Source of the DNA: Paraspadella gotoi
Taxonomy: Eukaryota; Animalia; Chaetognatha
NCBI GenBank assembly: GCA_051294375.1
Contig: CM119268.1
Coordinates: 10,299,607 to 10,363,606, forward strand
Reading direction: 5' to 3'
Length of the DNA stretch: 64,000 nt
Of this stretch, positions 38,423-50,300 are shown in pieces. The notes under the pieces are model-generated. The model worked only from the letters and a program-made list of their open reading frames with translations, had not been told where the DNA came from and ran no database searches. How positions within the stretch are numbered: the first letter of the stretch is position 1; each line of letters starts with the position of its first letter. A program made the translations under genes and the position numbers.

Positions 38423-40338
38423 ATGTCACTTATGAGTAAAAAGCCGCTGAAGCCTTTCGGAGAGATCGATTCTTCTTTGAAGGAATTAGCACCCACGTAC
38501 AGGTAAGGTATTTTTTTATGACTGAAAAAGTAGATTATTTTGTGTGAACAATCAACGCAGAAACCATGACGGATTTTTGATGCCCATGGGGATGAGCGAA
38601 GACAATATGAAGTCAGCGTTAAATTACCAAGCTGAAGAAGATGACGTCTTCATTGCGACTTATCCGAAATGTGGGACAACTTGGATGCAGGTAACGGCTA
38701 TTTTTTTTAAATGTACTTAGAAACTAAAGTTATTCATGTATTTCAATTTTTGGTTTCTTATTTCATGGCGTTTCAGGAAATTAATTGTGGTAAGTCTAAT
38801 CCTTTTTTTTTCGTGGTTTCTGTGATTTTATTTTTACTTTTTGTATTGCTGCACATTTTGTATTTCTGAGTTCCTGAATTATTACAATTTTTGCCAAATT
38901 CTTTTCTTTTTTTTGCGTTTGACTTTTTGAAAAAATGGTTTCAAAGGGCAAAACCGGATAAAAACGTTTTTTCTCCGCAAACATTGAATAATTATTATAA
39001 AATTGATTTTATTATGAATTTTTACGAAATTTGCTATAATCGCTATAATCGACTCTCTAAAATACAGTCATAGTTTATACACAACCGTTAAGATCAGGGG
39101 TCGACGCGCGAATCTTCTTCTTCATCCTGTTATCGTGTCCTCTTCCTTCACAGAGCGACGGTTTCTCTCATTCTAGATTTCACTTCTCCTTTTCTCTGTA
39201 ATTTTTGATATTTTTCTGGACTCTCTCAATACACGCTTTCACCATTATTTCTCGAGTTCTTCTTCAAACAGAGTCTTATTTCAGTCACATTATTTTATCT
39301 CTTATTTCTGCAATATCATCTCCCCTTTTCTGATTTTTCATCAGTACGTCCTCTATCTGTTGAAAAACAAAGGCGAGCCTCTTCCCGCGCGCGGGAACAT
39401 CTCGATTGAGGCGCCTCATTTGGAGGAAATGGGTGGCGAGTTTATCGCGAGCTGCTCTCAACCGCGAATCATTAAGACTCACCTGCCTTTCGACTTGGTG
39501 CCTTGGAACGATAAGGCCAAGTGAGTCACTTTTTCTGTTTTTTTTTTTTTTTTTTTTTTTGGTCCGAAATGTTTTGACTTCGACTTTCAATTAAAATGAA
39601 GATACGTGTGCGTGGCCCGCAATCCTAAAGACTGCGTCACGTCGTTCTATTATCACACAAAGAACTTCGTCAACCATTACTCATTCAAGGGAGACTTCTC
39701 GGTTTACTTCGAGTGTTTCCTCGCGGGATACGTCGACTTTAACTCGTGAATATCGACCAATAATTCACTCTATGGTCACTTCCACAGGAAAATTATTTAT
39801 TTTAAATTGAAATTTATAGTTACTTCGATCATCTTAACTCGTGGTACGAAGAGCGGAATAAAGCCAATGTCCTGTTCCTCACCTACGAGGAGATGAAAGA
39901 GGATCTCGCTCAATGCGTCAAACGACTGGGCGAGTTTTTGGGCGGCGAGTGGGAATCCAATTCAAAGGATGAGGCTGTTGTTAAAGCAATTCTGAAGGTA
40001 CCGAATGACTCAGCCCGCTCCGAGTTTTTTTTTTCCTCAAATCGGCTACGATAAAAAGTATAAGGAATATCGGCTTTGTTTTACTTACCCAGCTCGGTAC
40101 ATGGTAAGTCGGTTTTTTTTCTCGAATCCAGCATTCCGATATCTCTTCGATGAAGTCGGATCCTTCTAAATGGGTTTTCACAGCAAACGACCAATTTATA
40201 CGAAAAGGGATCGTCGGCGACTGGAGAAATCAGCTGACTCCCACCCAGTCGCGCCGACTCGACGAAAAGTTTCGTCAAGAATGCGGGAATACAAGCGCTA
40301 TCCGACTCTGGGAAAAGTATGGTATTCCGGAGATGTGA
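38423..40338 (+). CDS. Cytosolic PAPS-dependent sulfotransferase (SULT1/SSU-like), 6 exons
   Basis: 5'PSB motif DVFIATYPKCGTTWMQ, IKTHLPF, 3'PB motif VARNPKDCVTSFYYH, FLTYEEMKEDL and C-terminal FIRKGIVGDW. Confidence 0.92.
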
Positions 40339-40504
40339 TACTCTTTCTCGGATTAGTACTTTTTTTAATCATCTCTTACACTTTCAACGTTCTAAGTGCC
40401 AAATGTGAAATTTTTAATTTCTTGCTTTATCTTTCTTTATCTCTGAGTTTTATTTTAGTTATAAATTAAAGCTTTTTAATTAAAGATCATCCAAAAAAAT
40501 TGAA

Positions 40505-41716
40505 ATGGAGCGATTGGGACATGATGGCGATGCGGCAGTATCACGGTTTGATACTGCTTGGTTTTCCCGTCGACTCAGCGCCGACGTCGTGTCTGTTGAT
40601 TGGGGCGATACTGTAGTCGCTGGTTTCGTCAGCGGTATCAAAAGGGTTCGGGTTATCACGCGAAGCGGTGAGACCATGGCCCTTGTCCTAAAAATTCTTC
40701 ACGAGGGCAGTTCGGTTGACCGCCAAACCGTAGTGTCGCTCGGCGTTGCTCGCGAAGCCGACTTTTATAACTTCCTGGTGGTTTTGCCGCCGGACCAGCG
40801 TGCCGCCTTTGATGCGGTTCTTCCACGCGTCTATTTCGCCGAAAGCGACTGGAAGACTGGGATGAAGACCATCATCCTGGAAGATTTGAGCGACGATAGC
40901 AACGGAAGGGGATTGAATTCCGGATACTTTTTTGGTCCTGGAAACCCAATCAACTGGAACAAGGATTTGGTGGCATTGACGGAATCATGTCCCGATGTCG
41001 ATGCTGAAATGGTTGCACTTGTCAGCTTTTTGTCCCTCGCCAAAATCCACGCCTGCTTTTGGCTTCAAGACGACTTGCTGGAAATTCCTTGGCTTCACTG
41101 GACCGGTTGGATAAAGGGAGAAAATCAGGAAGGATGGGAACTGGCGATGGACCGTTCACGTGAGGCCTTTCAAAGGATGAAATCCGCTTTAGAGGCGGGT
41201 ACTTACCCGCACGATATTCCGTCGGAACTTTTTCGTTGCGCGGTTAAATCTTTTGGTAAATTGACTTGGAAAGATTTTCGAGAAGAAATAAAAACGACTC
41301 AGTGGACTTTTGTTCACGGTGATTTTCATCCGGGAAATATAATGTGGATGAAAGATAGTGGACAAGTAAAGTTTCTCGATTGGGAAATGGTAGGGGTTTC
41401 CAGCGGCCCACAGGAACTGGGTCAGTATGTGATATCTCATATGGATATCAACAAGTACGGCAAGCAAACCCATGAACGTTTGGTGAGGGCTTATTATGAA
41501 GAACTGATTAGAGTCAGTCCAAACTTAAAAGCAAAGTTTCCCTTCGAACTCTGCTGGCAAGAGTTCGTTTATGGGGGCTTCAGAAAGTGGTTGTGGATGA
41601 TGCCCAACATGGGCGAGTGGTTCCCGGCTGCGATTCCTTTTTTTGTTAGTCAAATTGAAGGGTTTCGTCGAATTCACGAGATTGATGAAGAAAAAGTTGG
41701 GTTTCCGAGGTTGTAA
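40505..41716 (+). CDS. Intronless protein-kinase-like small-molecule phosphotransferase (APH/choline kinase/EcKinase fold), 403 aa
   Basis: LVLKI, READFY, IILEDL, Brenner motif HGDFHPGN and metal-binding DWE, all in a single uninterrupted ORF. Confidence 0.85.
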   Translation: MERLGHDGDAAVSRFDTAWFSRRLSADVVSVDWGDTVVAGFVSGIKRVRVITRSGETMALVLKILHEGSSVDRQTVVSLGVAREADFYNFLVVLPPDQRAAFDAVLPRVYFAESDWKTGMKTIILEDLSDDSNGRGLNSGYFFGPGNPINWNKDLVALTESCPDVDAEMVALVSFLSLAKIHACFWLQDDLLEIPWLHWTGWIKGENQEGWELAMDRSREAFQRMKSALEAGTYPHDIPSELFRCAVKSFGKLTWKDFREEIKTTQWTFVHGDFHPGNIMWMKDSGQVKFLDWEMVGVSSGPQELGQYVISHMDINKYGKQTHERLVRAYYEELIRVSPNLKAKFPFELCWQEFVYGGFRKWLWMMPNMGEWFPAAIPFFVSQIEGFRRIHEIDEEKVGFPRL

Positions 41717-41876
41717 CTTTAATAGCTTGATTATGGGATGGCTAATGATATTTATTTTTAATGCCAAATTTTATGTTAATTTGTGATCAATAATTACTAA
41801 TCAGCTAATTAATCGTTGTATGACAATTTTCAGACTATTTTTACATAATTTGGTATTAACATTTCCGAACTGTCTA

Positions 41877-44800
41877 ATGCATCGTAAACGCAAGTCCTAT
41901 CCACGTGGAGACCACGACCAATATGCGGCGAAATTGGCGGAGGAGAGCCGCATCCTTGCGGATGTTACTATTGATCACGAAACCGCAAAGCAGGAAGCGG
42001 CGCGTCTCTTCGAAAAAGTCTTTGACTACGGATCCGACCCAGAGTGGACCCTAGCTCAGAATGTCGTGAGTTTTGGTGAAATACATACCCTGCTCAGGGA
42101 AAAAGTTTCTTTAAATGAGTTATTTTCACGTAGGAATTTCTCCGTCGAAGAGAAGATGAACGGGAATCGCGCACGGCGATAAAACTTCGTTTGATGTCGG
42201 CGAAGGAAAAGTTGATCGCCACTAAAACGGAGCTCAACGACTCGGCCATCGAGGAGTGGCGTCGCTTCACTAACTCCACTCATCGCGGTGGCCGAGTTAT
42301 TAATGACGTCCGCCGCAGGTGCTGCGCTGAGCTTCCGACGCAGGTTAGCGACAGGGGGCCCTATTTATTGCAGCTCGCCTTTTAAAAAATAAAGGCTATT
42401 GATTTCAATTTCATTCACTATTTTCCCCCCCGAAGGCGTGGTGCAAATTTCGAGAGATTCTGGTCCTCATCGGTGACTCAATTCCCGTAGATTGGACGTC
42501 GTCGTCTTCTTCTTTTTTTTCAGTCCCTCACGATATTAACTCGATTTCGACCGATCTTCGAAACTCTTCGTCATCGTTCAACGATTTCCCGTACGCTTCG
42601 ATCCAATTCCCAGACTCCTCTCCCGACCGCCCCCCTTCTGAAAGCTCTTCCACGTTTCTGACCGGACCTGCATCGAATAACGCTCAGCTCGAAACTTTTC
42701 ACCTCTGCGAGGCGCCGGGCGCCTTTATCGCCAGTCTTAATCACTACCTGCTCAACAGAGATTATCGCGGTGACTGGCATTGGACCGCCAACACCATGAA
42801 CCCATACCACGAAGGTAAATTGAAAGTCTTGGAAGGAAAAATCTTCTGTTTTTTCTCAATCCTTATTAAATTATACAGCGGAATATTTGGATAAGATGAT
42901 TAATGACGACCGACTTATTTACAACACTCTGTCAAGATGGGAATTCGGTCCGTCTAATGTTGGCGATATTATGGACCCACTGACTCTTAAGGCGCTTATA
43001 AGGCGAGTCAATCGAGCATCCACCGACGACGATCCAGACGGCTTGCATCCACCCACTCCGGTAAAACTATTTGGCATTTTATTATTCTAAACAGAAACGC
43101 AACGAAACTGAAAGGATTAATTATAACTTAAATGAATTTTCCAGTTTGGCACTGACGGTGACCTTTCCTTTGGCGTCCATCTCGTAACAGCGGACGGGAG
43201 TGTAAGCTGTGCCAATGACCCCGCCGAACAAGAGAGTACTGTTGCGTCTCTTCACTGGTGCGAAGCGGTCGCTGCCTTTAGTATCCTTAAAAAAGGTAAG
43301 TCGTTAACATTTGAACTTTGTTAAAAGAAATTAAGTTGACCTTTCCCCAGGTGGTTCGCTTGTCCTAAAGATGTTTACGCTTTTCGAAGACTCTTCAATT
43401 TGCCTTTTGTATCTCCTCAACTCTCTTTTCAAGCGAGTCCGCGTCGTTAAACCGGCAACGTCCAAGGCGGGAAATTCCGAATGTTACGTCTTAGCGGAGG
43501 TTTTCATCATCAGACCTCATAGATTTTCCCAGTATCTGCCTCTTATTTTTTTTTACGCATTTTTGATTATTTCGCCAAGGTTTTCAACGATCGACTTTGG
43601 TTGAGCCTGTTAGCCAATTTCCTTCGCCCCCACTACGGCTTGAACCTGGCATCTCAAGCAGTTTCTTTAATTCTAAATTTGGTGCCCGAGTCTTTTATGA
43701 AGAGACATTTTGAATGCGTCGAGACTTTCAAGGTTATCGCAATTGCATTAAAGATACCGATATAATGATCACCCCAAATTGACCTTTCGCTCCCTCCTTC
43801 AGAATTGGCAAACGAGTCACATCGAAGAGAACATCGAGCTTCATGCGAAGTCATTCCGCTCTCCGTCCGAATTCGAAGCCGAAATGAATCGAGTTCGCCG
43901 TGTGCAGATCGAAGTCTCGCGTCTTTTCTTCGCTCGTGCTAGGCTCAAGGTGAATTAACTTAACTTAACTTGCCTAATCATCGCTTGGCTCTTTAAAATC
44001 ATAAGCTTCGTAGATTCGTAGATTTATTTGTATAAATGAGACTTATTGTACTAGGATTATTCTCCCTCTTTTCTAATTTAAATATTTAATACTATGATGT
44101 TCCATAATTATTTAACAGTATAGATACGTAGATGAACTTTTAATAATTTGCGTATTTTGTAGGCCATTTCCCGAGATCACCACCTTGCGCCCACAAGGGT
44201 CGTGTCGCCAGCCCACTCCATCTCTCCGCACAACTCACTCGAAGGAAGTTATAACCAGAGACGCGAAGAGGCTCTGTTACCCTGGACCCAAAGAATCAAA
44301 ACTGTTATTCCTAAGGTTAAATTAATTTCCGCTAACCTTTTTGTTTTCATTCGCCAAGAGGTTTATTTTTCTGTTTCCTCCTATTCCCCTTATAGGACTA
44401 CACGAAAGTTGCTATCCCTTTCTCCGCTTCGTGGGTACGAAACTATGAACAAACGCCATCCCCCGCGCTTCTATGTCACTTTCGCAAGAACTGCTTCATT
44501 TATGGGAGTCGCTGTGATACTGTGAACAATTCGTTATTCATCGATCCGCAGTCCACGAGAGATTGGCACCTCGCAGTTGACTCTTCAAGTTTTCAATCCC
44601 GTCATATCTATGGCGTTGACTCCATGGTAAATGCTCAGAACGAGAATTTCTCTAATTTAATCTCCTGAGGTCAATCGCTATTTCAAAGAGAAGTAGCGAG
44701 GGTTTTCTCGCTCATTTAATTTAATAAGTACACCAAACACACAAAATAGTTGCTGGCCAGTGGCGATTAAAAGTTCAATCTAATCCCGCGTTTTTTGTTT

Positions 44801-46016
44801 TTTTTGTTGTTGTTTTTGTTTTGTTTTGTTTTTTTGTTTAGACCGTCAGCAACATCAATGACAAGTTCGTGGACGAGTATTCTAAGTACTTCACGAAGTC
44901 TACAAATCTATTTGAGTACATTCTACCCGAACTTTCTGAACTCGCAGATTGGCAAGTAGTGGAGCGACACCGCTCTTTTCTAAATAAGGTATTTATTTTT
45001 TAATTTCTTGAATATTGATGGAGATGATTTTAAAATCACGAGTAATTTTTTCGTTCCCCCACTCCCTTCAGGGTGGTCAGGTCATCTACTACTTTTCTTG
45101 CGTCGACTTCGCCGCCGTATCTGCCGCAGGCGGACTTTCTCTTGAAGAATCAACTTCGCCGCCTCTCATGCTTTCGCTTTTAAGGCGCTTGTTCGGCGTC
45201 GACGGCGCCTGCCCGCCTATTCGTGGCTCGCACTTGTTGCTGCATCTACCCCCGATCATGTCGCGATTCTCTGCTTGTTTCGTAAATTTCGTCGCTTCTT
45301 ACTTTGACGTGTGGTCATTGGGCACTGCCGACAATCTCGTAGACTTTACTCATCGGTGCGAATTCGAAGAAGACTTAGAACGGTGCGGGAGCTCCCTGAG
45401 CTATGCTTCCCAGCTCCCGTCCTTCTTTTTCTTTGGGGCCTCGTTTCGTTTAGATCGGGGTTCTGACAAAGACGACGTTGCTTTAAAAGCCGCGAAAGAA
45501 TTCGTGACTGCTTTAGAGAAGAATGTTACTAGTGGAATTGTTCAGACAGAAGATCTTGAAAGTAATGAGATTGATTCTAACTCGGTTAAGTACAAACCAC
45601 CTGATCTCGGCGTTGTAATGCAAGACTTGGTGCGATCCGCTAAGAGGTCGGAGTCGTTTAATGAACCAAGAAATGAAGAAACGGAGGCGATTTCGGACAT
45701 GGTGGTTGGCGGCGTTACCAATAATACACCTGTAAAAAATACTTCGTTTTCTCGTGCTGAGTCTTTGTCAGTTGCAACAACGTCAATGTTGACTTCGATA
45801 ACTCCCGAAGTTTCCAACTCTGCCGACGAAAGATTTCATCTTCTCCAGTTCTTGCCTTTAGATAAGTTGAGCTCGCCGAGCTTTCTGTGCCACCTTCGTT
45901 CAACCAACGCAGCACTGATGCAGAAGCGGCTCAACTTTCTCATCGAGTTGGAGAGGACTGTAGACGAAGCCTCAAAAGGCCTTTCAGAGAAAAAACCATT
46001 GGTCCTACCTGAATAA
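41877..46016 (+). CDS. CMTR2: Cap2 mRNA 2'-O-methyltransferase (CMTR2/FTSJD1), ~12 exons
   Basis: [68 protein letters not shown] (K-D-K-E tetrad). The C-terminal half is divergent. Confidence 0.9.
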
Positions 46017-46229
46017 CTCCAAAGCAAGTTTTTTCTCTTCTCTTTATTGATCTGTGATATTTTGTCAAATAATGTTCACCGAAGAATAATGCAATTTGTT
46101 GTTTCGCTTTTCGCATCGCCGGAAAATCTGTTCAGTTACAAAGTTTTATTATTTAACTTTGACGAATATCTTTTTTATTTTAGGTTAAGATTTATATTAT
46201 ATATACATATATTTATTTACTGAGTTACA

Positions 46230-47089
46230 ATGCGGCCGTTGGTCAGCCGTCTCGCAGGATGTCCAGCATCCATGGCTTTCGCAGCCGCCTCGGTTCCAGT
46301 AGCTGGCGGTGTGTTTTGGGTGTCTACGCGCGGCTTCTTCCGCTCGGCGAAGGCGGCATCCGGCTCCGGCCTTCCTCGCGTTTTCTTTGACGTTAAAGCG
46401 GACAACGAGGACATCGGCCGAATTGTCATCGAACTGAGGTCCGACGTTGTACCAAAGACTGCCGAAAATTTCCGGCAGCTGTGCACTGGTAAGAAAGATT
46501 TACGATACGATTTATCGTACTTCTTCCAAAACTTTACAACTCGTTTTTCAGGCGAAGCGGGATTCGGCTATAAAAACGCTCCTTTTCACCGCATCATTCC
46601 GGGATTCATGTGCCAAGGTGGAGACATGACCCGTGGGGATGGAACAGGGGGTAAGAGCATTTACGGCAACAAGTTCAAGGACGAAAACTTTAAGCTCAAA
46701 CACACGGGACCTGGAATCCTCTCCATGGCCAACGCGGGTAAATCCAGTGGGCGGATTGTTTGCTTTCTTCATTTGGTCGAGCTAAAACATTTTCTTTCTC
46801 CGCAGGACCGAATACGAACGGAAGCCAATTTTTCATATGCACTGCCGTGACATCGTGGCTGGATGGCGCCCACGTCGTTTTCGGTAGCGTCGTTGAAGGC
46901 ATGGAGGTTGGTCTCCTTGACTGTTGCCCGTGGCGCAATGTTGAAAAGAGCATATCGATAATGTCATTATATGGACAGGTCGTAACAAAAATGGAAGCCC
47001 TCGGCAGCCGCAGTGGGCGGACGAGCCGAAAAGTTTGGATCAGCGACAGCGGGGAACTTGCTACCGAAAAGAGAGCTGTCGAGGAATGA
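46230..47089 (+). CDS. PPIF: Mitochondrial cyclophilin (cyclophilin D-like PPIase), 4 exons
   Basis: Arg/Ser/Ala-rich presequence, [66 protein letters not shown]. Confidence 0.85.
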
Positions 47090-47314
47090 AAAAGACAGAG
47101 CCGAGAATTTCGTGTCTAAGTTGGAAGAGCGAATTTTGTGCGGAAACTAGTTGTCGAGTCATCGGTTAATTTACTTGACTGATTGGCTCTCGTTTGTTAT
47201 AATGAATGTTTTTGTTTGAAAAAGAATGAAAATACTTTAGCGCTCGACCAGAGTCGAGTGTTAAGCGTGATGATCGCGTCAAGATGATCAAGAGAGAGCC
47301 GTCGCTTTTAAGTC

Positions 47315-48937
47315 ATGAGGAGAGGTCTTCGTCATTTTGCCGGCGTCCTCGCCGCAGAAACACATTCTCCGGACTGCGTAGCATTGGCGGCCGCGTTGAC
47401 ATGTGACGTCGCGTCTCGTCGGAGATTCGCTTCATACAGCGACGATCATTATGTAACTCTGGGCGTGCCCGAAGACGCTACGCCGCAGGAGATCAAGAAA
47501 GGTAGGGTAGGTGCCTTTGGTTCGTTACAGAAACATTAGTAATAGAATTTTCGTGCTTTATTCTAGCATTCTACACCCTTTCTAAACGCTGCCATCCCGA
47601 TCTTCACTCCGAAGATAAAGCGATGGAGGAAAAATTCAAGAACCTCTCTATCGCCTACGAGGTTTTGAACAACCCTCAAAAGCGGCGGGCGTACGACGTT
47701 GATTTACGTGGGAGTCGACCGGCTAGGAGATGGAACCAAAAGATCCAGCACCCCGCCGGTTAATGAAAAAATATTAAATTGAGATATGGCTAGAAAAAGT
47801 CGATAAATCTTTAACAAGTACACAAGTAATTAAGTCAAATACTAACTCCTATTTTGCGACTCATATTCATAACTATTTGGATGAAATTATTACTCAGCGA
47901 TGAACCGTCAACTTCAGTACTCCTTCACCGGTGCGGATTACGCTGCATGGCGCGAGAGACGTCGACGAGCGGCGATGAACGAAGACGACCAATATAATGA
48001 CTGGACCGACGAATGGATCAAATATCAGCGGAGAAAAATGTGGGAGAGGATGGACCTGGACCAGGACGAGCACTACCGAGGTCGCGCCACGATGAGGGAC
48101 CAATGGAGGTAAGAACCAGGTCGGTGGTTGTGGCAGTCGAGTTGTCTTGACTTTACGATTAAACTGGCGCTGATTCTTTCAGATGGAATGAAGATCCCGA
48201 AGACTTCTTTAAAGGACGGATGGATGAAAAATATACTGAGAGGTTTCGAGAAAAGGAGAAAGATTGGGTAGGTTCAAGTCATGGCCGTATTAACTATTGC
48301 ACCGATCTCACGTTAAATCACTTGACGCAATTAGATCGCGCTTTATCCGGTCGCCGTCATCGTCTTCATCGTGATCTACGTATATTTGGAATATCGTTTC
48401 CGGGACTCGCCGGACCTGTCGGTCGTGGCTCCACCAGTCGTGAAAGTGGTTTCGCATAAAACAAACTCGGAAACGGAGCGGGAGAGAAGGGAAGCGCGGG
48501 AGAGAAGGAAGGAAGAGGAGCGGATCGAGGCGGAAATTAGGGACGCAATTCGAAAAAGACGCAAAAAGATACGAAAAAAGGAGCGCGTTGCAGAGAAGAG
48601 TAAGGAGACGGATTTGAAAGACCCCGCGGCGACTGTCATCGCCACGTCTGGGGTTGCGGACAGAGAGTCGAGCGATTGCCACGACGCGCCTCTGGAGGCC
48701 GAAACCCCGACGGACTATTCGATCGTTGAGCCGGCGATTTCGAATGTTGCGCCGACTGATTTGAGCGTTGAGCGTACGGATTCGAACGTCCGGCCTGAGG
48801 ATACGACCTATACGTACGATGAAGAAAAAGATTCTCCTCTCGAAAAATCTTTTCGTGATAACGTTGTTTTTATTGACGGACAATTGGAAATGAGTGGATT
48901 ATTTTTTAGACGCTCGACGTCGTCAAGACCTGCATAA
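47315..48937 (+). CDS. J-domain (DnaJ class C) protein with a probable mitochondrial presequence and one TM helix (DNAJC4/DNAJC30-like), 5 exons
   Basis: DHYVTLGVPEDATPQEIKKAFYTLSKRCHPDLH...AYEVLNNPQKRRAYD; hydrophobic IALYPVAVIVFIVIYVYL; charged coiled-coil tail. Confidence 0.82.
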
Positions 48938-49203
48938 TTGGGGCTATACTTTCATTATTTATTTTCGCTATACATACAATTGTTTTTAGTTTCCATAAAA
49001 GTTGAAGACAATAATAAATTAAAGAGTAAAAATAAGAGAACTTGAATGGATTATTTGAAGAGAATTATTATGAACAATAACTATTAACTATGATTCCATT
49101 CGTCGCATTTTTTGAATTATTTCCATTGACAATTTTGCTATTTAAATAAATCTACCAAAATTTTAGTTCTAGTGTTAAAACGAGACTTTAAAGAAAGGAA
49201 AGA

Positions 49204-50300
49204 ATGAGCACTTTGCGCCTGCAGAAACGGCTTTCGGCCGCTGTGCTGAAATGTGGCAGGAACAAAGTATGGATGGACCCCAACGAGATCAACGAGATCG
49301 CTAATGCTAATTCAAGACAGGTTATTCTTGTTAAATTTTATTATCGGTCTTTATACTAGGCCGAACTCGTTTGTACTAAAATCTTTAATTTTTTTTTCTG
49401 CAGAACATTCGTCGACTGATCAAGAATGGTCTGATCATTCAAAAGCCGCAGGCCGTCCATTCGCGCGCTCGTACAAGGAAGAATGCGCTGGCCCGCAGGT
49501 ATGCTGTATGTTTTTCGTAAAATATATTCCTTCGGTGTAAAAGAGATAGCCAGTGACAGAATATCGAGAGTTTCTTATTTTAAATCTCAGGAAAGGTCGT
49601 CATTCCGGACCTGGAAAGAGAAAAGGAACGGCCAACGCTCGAATGCCCGTCAAGGAGCTTTGGATGAGGAGGATGAGAGTCCTGAGGCGGCTACTGAAAA
49701 AGTACAGGGAGAACAAGAAGATTGACAGGCATCTGTATCACGAGTTGTACGTCAAGTGCAAGGTTCGATTTTTCCCAGATATCGATACGACAACATTACG
49801 ATGAATAGATGATTCATAAATTTTATTAGCGAGTGTACTTTTCAGTTTTGGGAGAATAATTTATTCTTATCTCGCCAATTAAATTGAAACAATAATTACA
49901 TTTATTGGGGAGACTTTTTAAACTTTTTAACACAACCTTTCATCGTATTTTTTTTTTCAGGGTAACGTTTTTAAAAACAAGCGTGTGTTGATGGAGTTTA
50001 TCCATAAGCGAAAGGCGGAAACCCTTCGTTCCAAGCAGTTGGCCGACCAGGCTGAGGCCAGGAGAAACAAGACGCGTGAAGCTAGAAAGCGCCGGTAAAT
50101 GTTTGAGGTTTTTACATCAAAACGTATTTTGTCGATAATTTGGCATTTCGAATCCCGAATCTCCCTTTGTGAGTCTTTTGATAATTAATGTCGATTTTAT
50201 CATTGCTTTTCGTTGATTCCGCAGAGAGGAACGATTGGCGGCGAAGAAGGCCGAGTCGCAGAAGATCTACGCGAAGGAGGATGAAGCTTCAAAAAAATAA
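49204..50300 (+). CDS. RPL19: 60S ribosomal protein L19 (eL19), 5 exons
   Basis: [68 protein letters not shown]. Confidence 0.97.

Noticed and set aside
20142-50300. Bacterial operon or contaminant explanation for the dense co-oriented genes
   Set aside because: The genes are eukaryote-specific and full of spliceosomal introns. Even the intronless kinase is embedded between intron-bearing animal genes.
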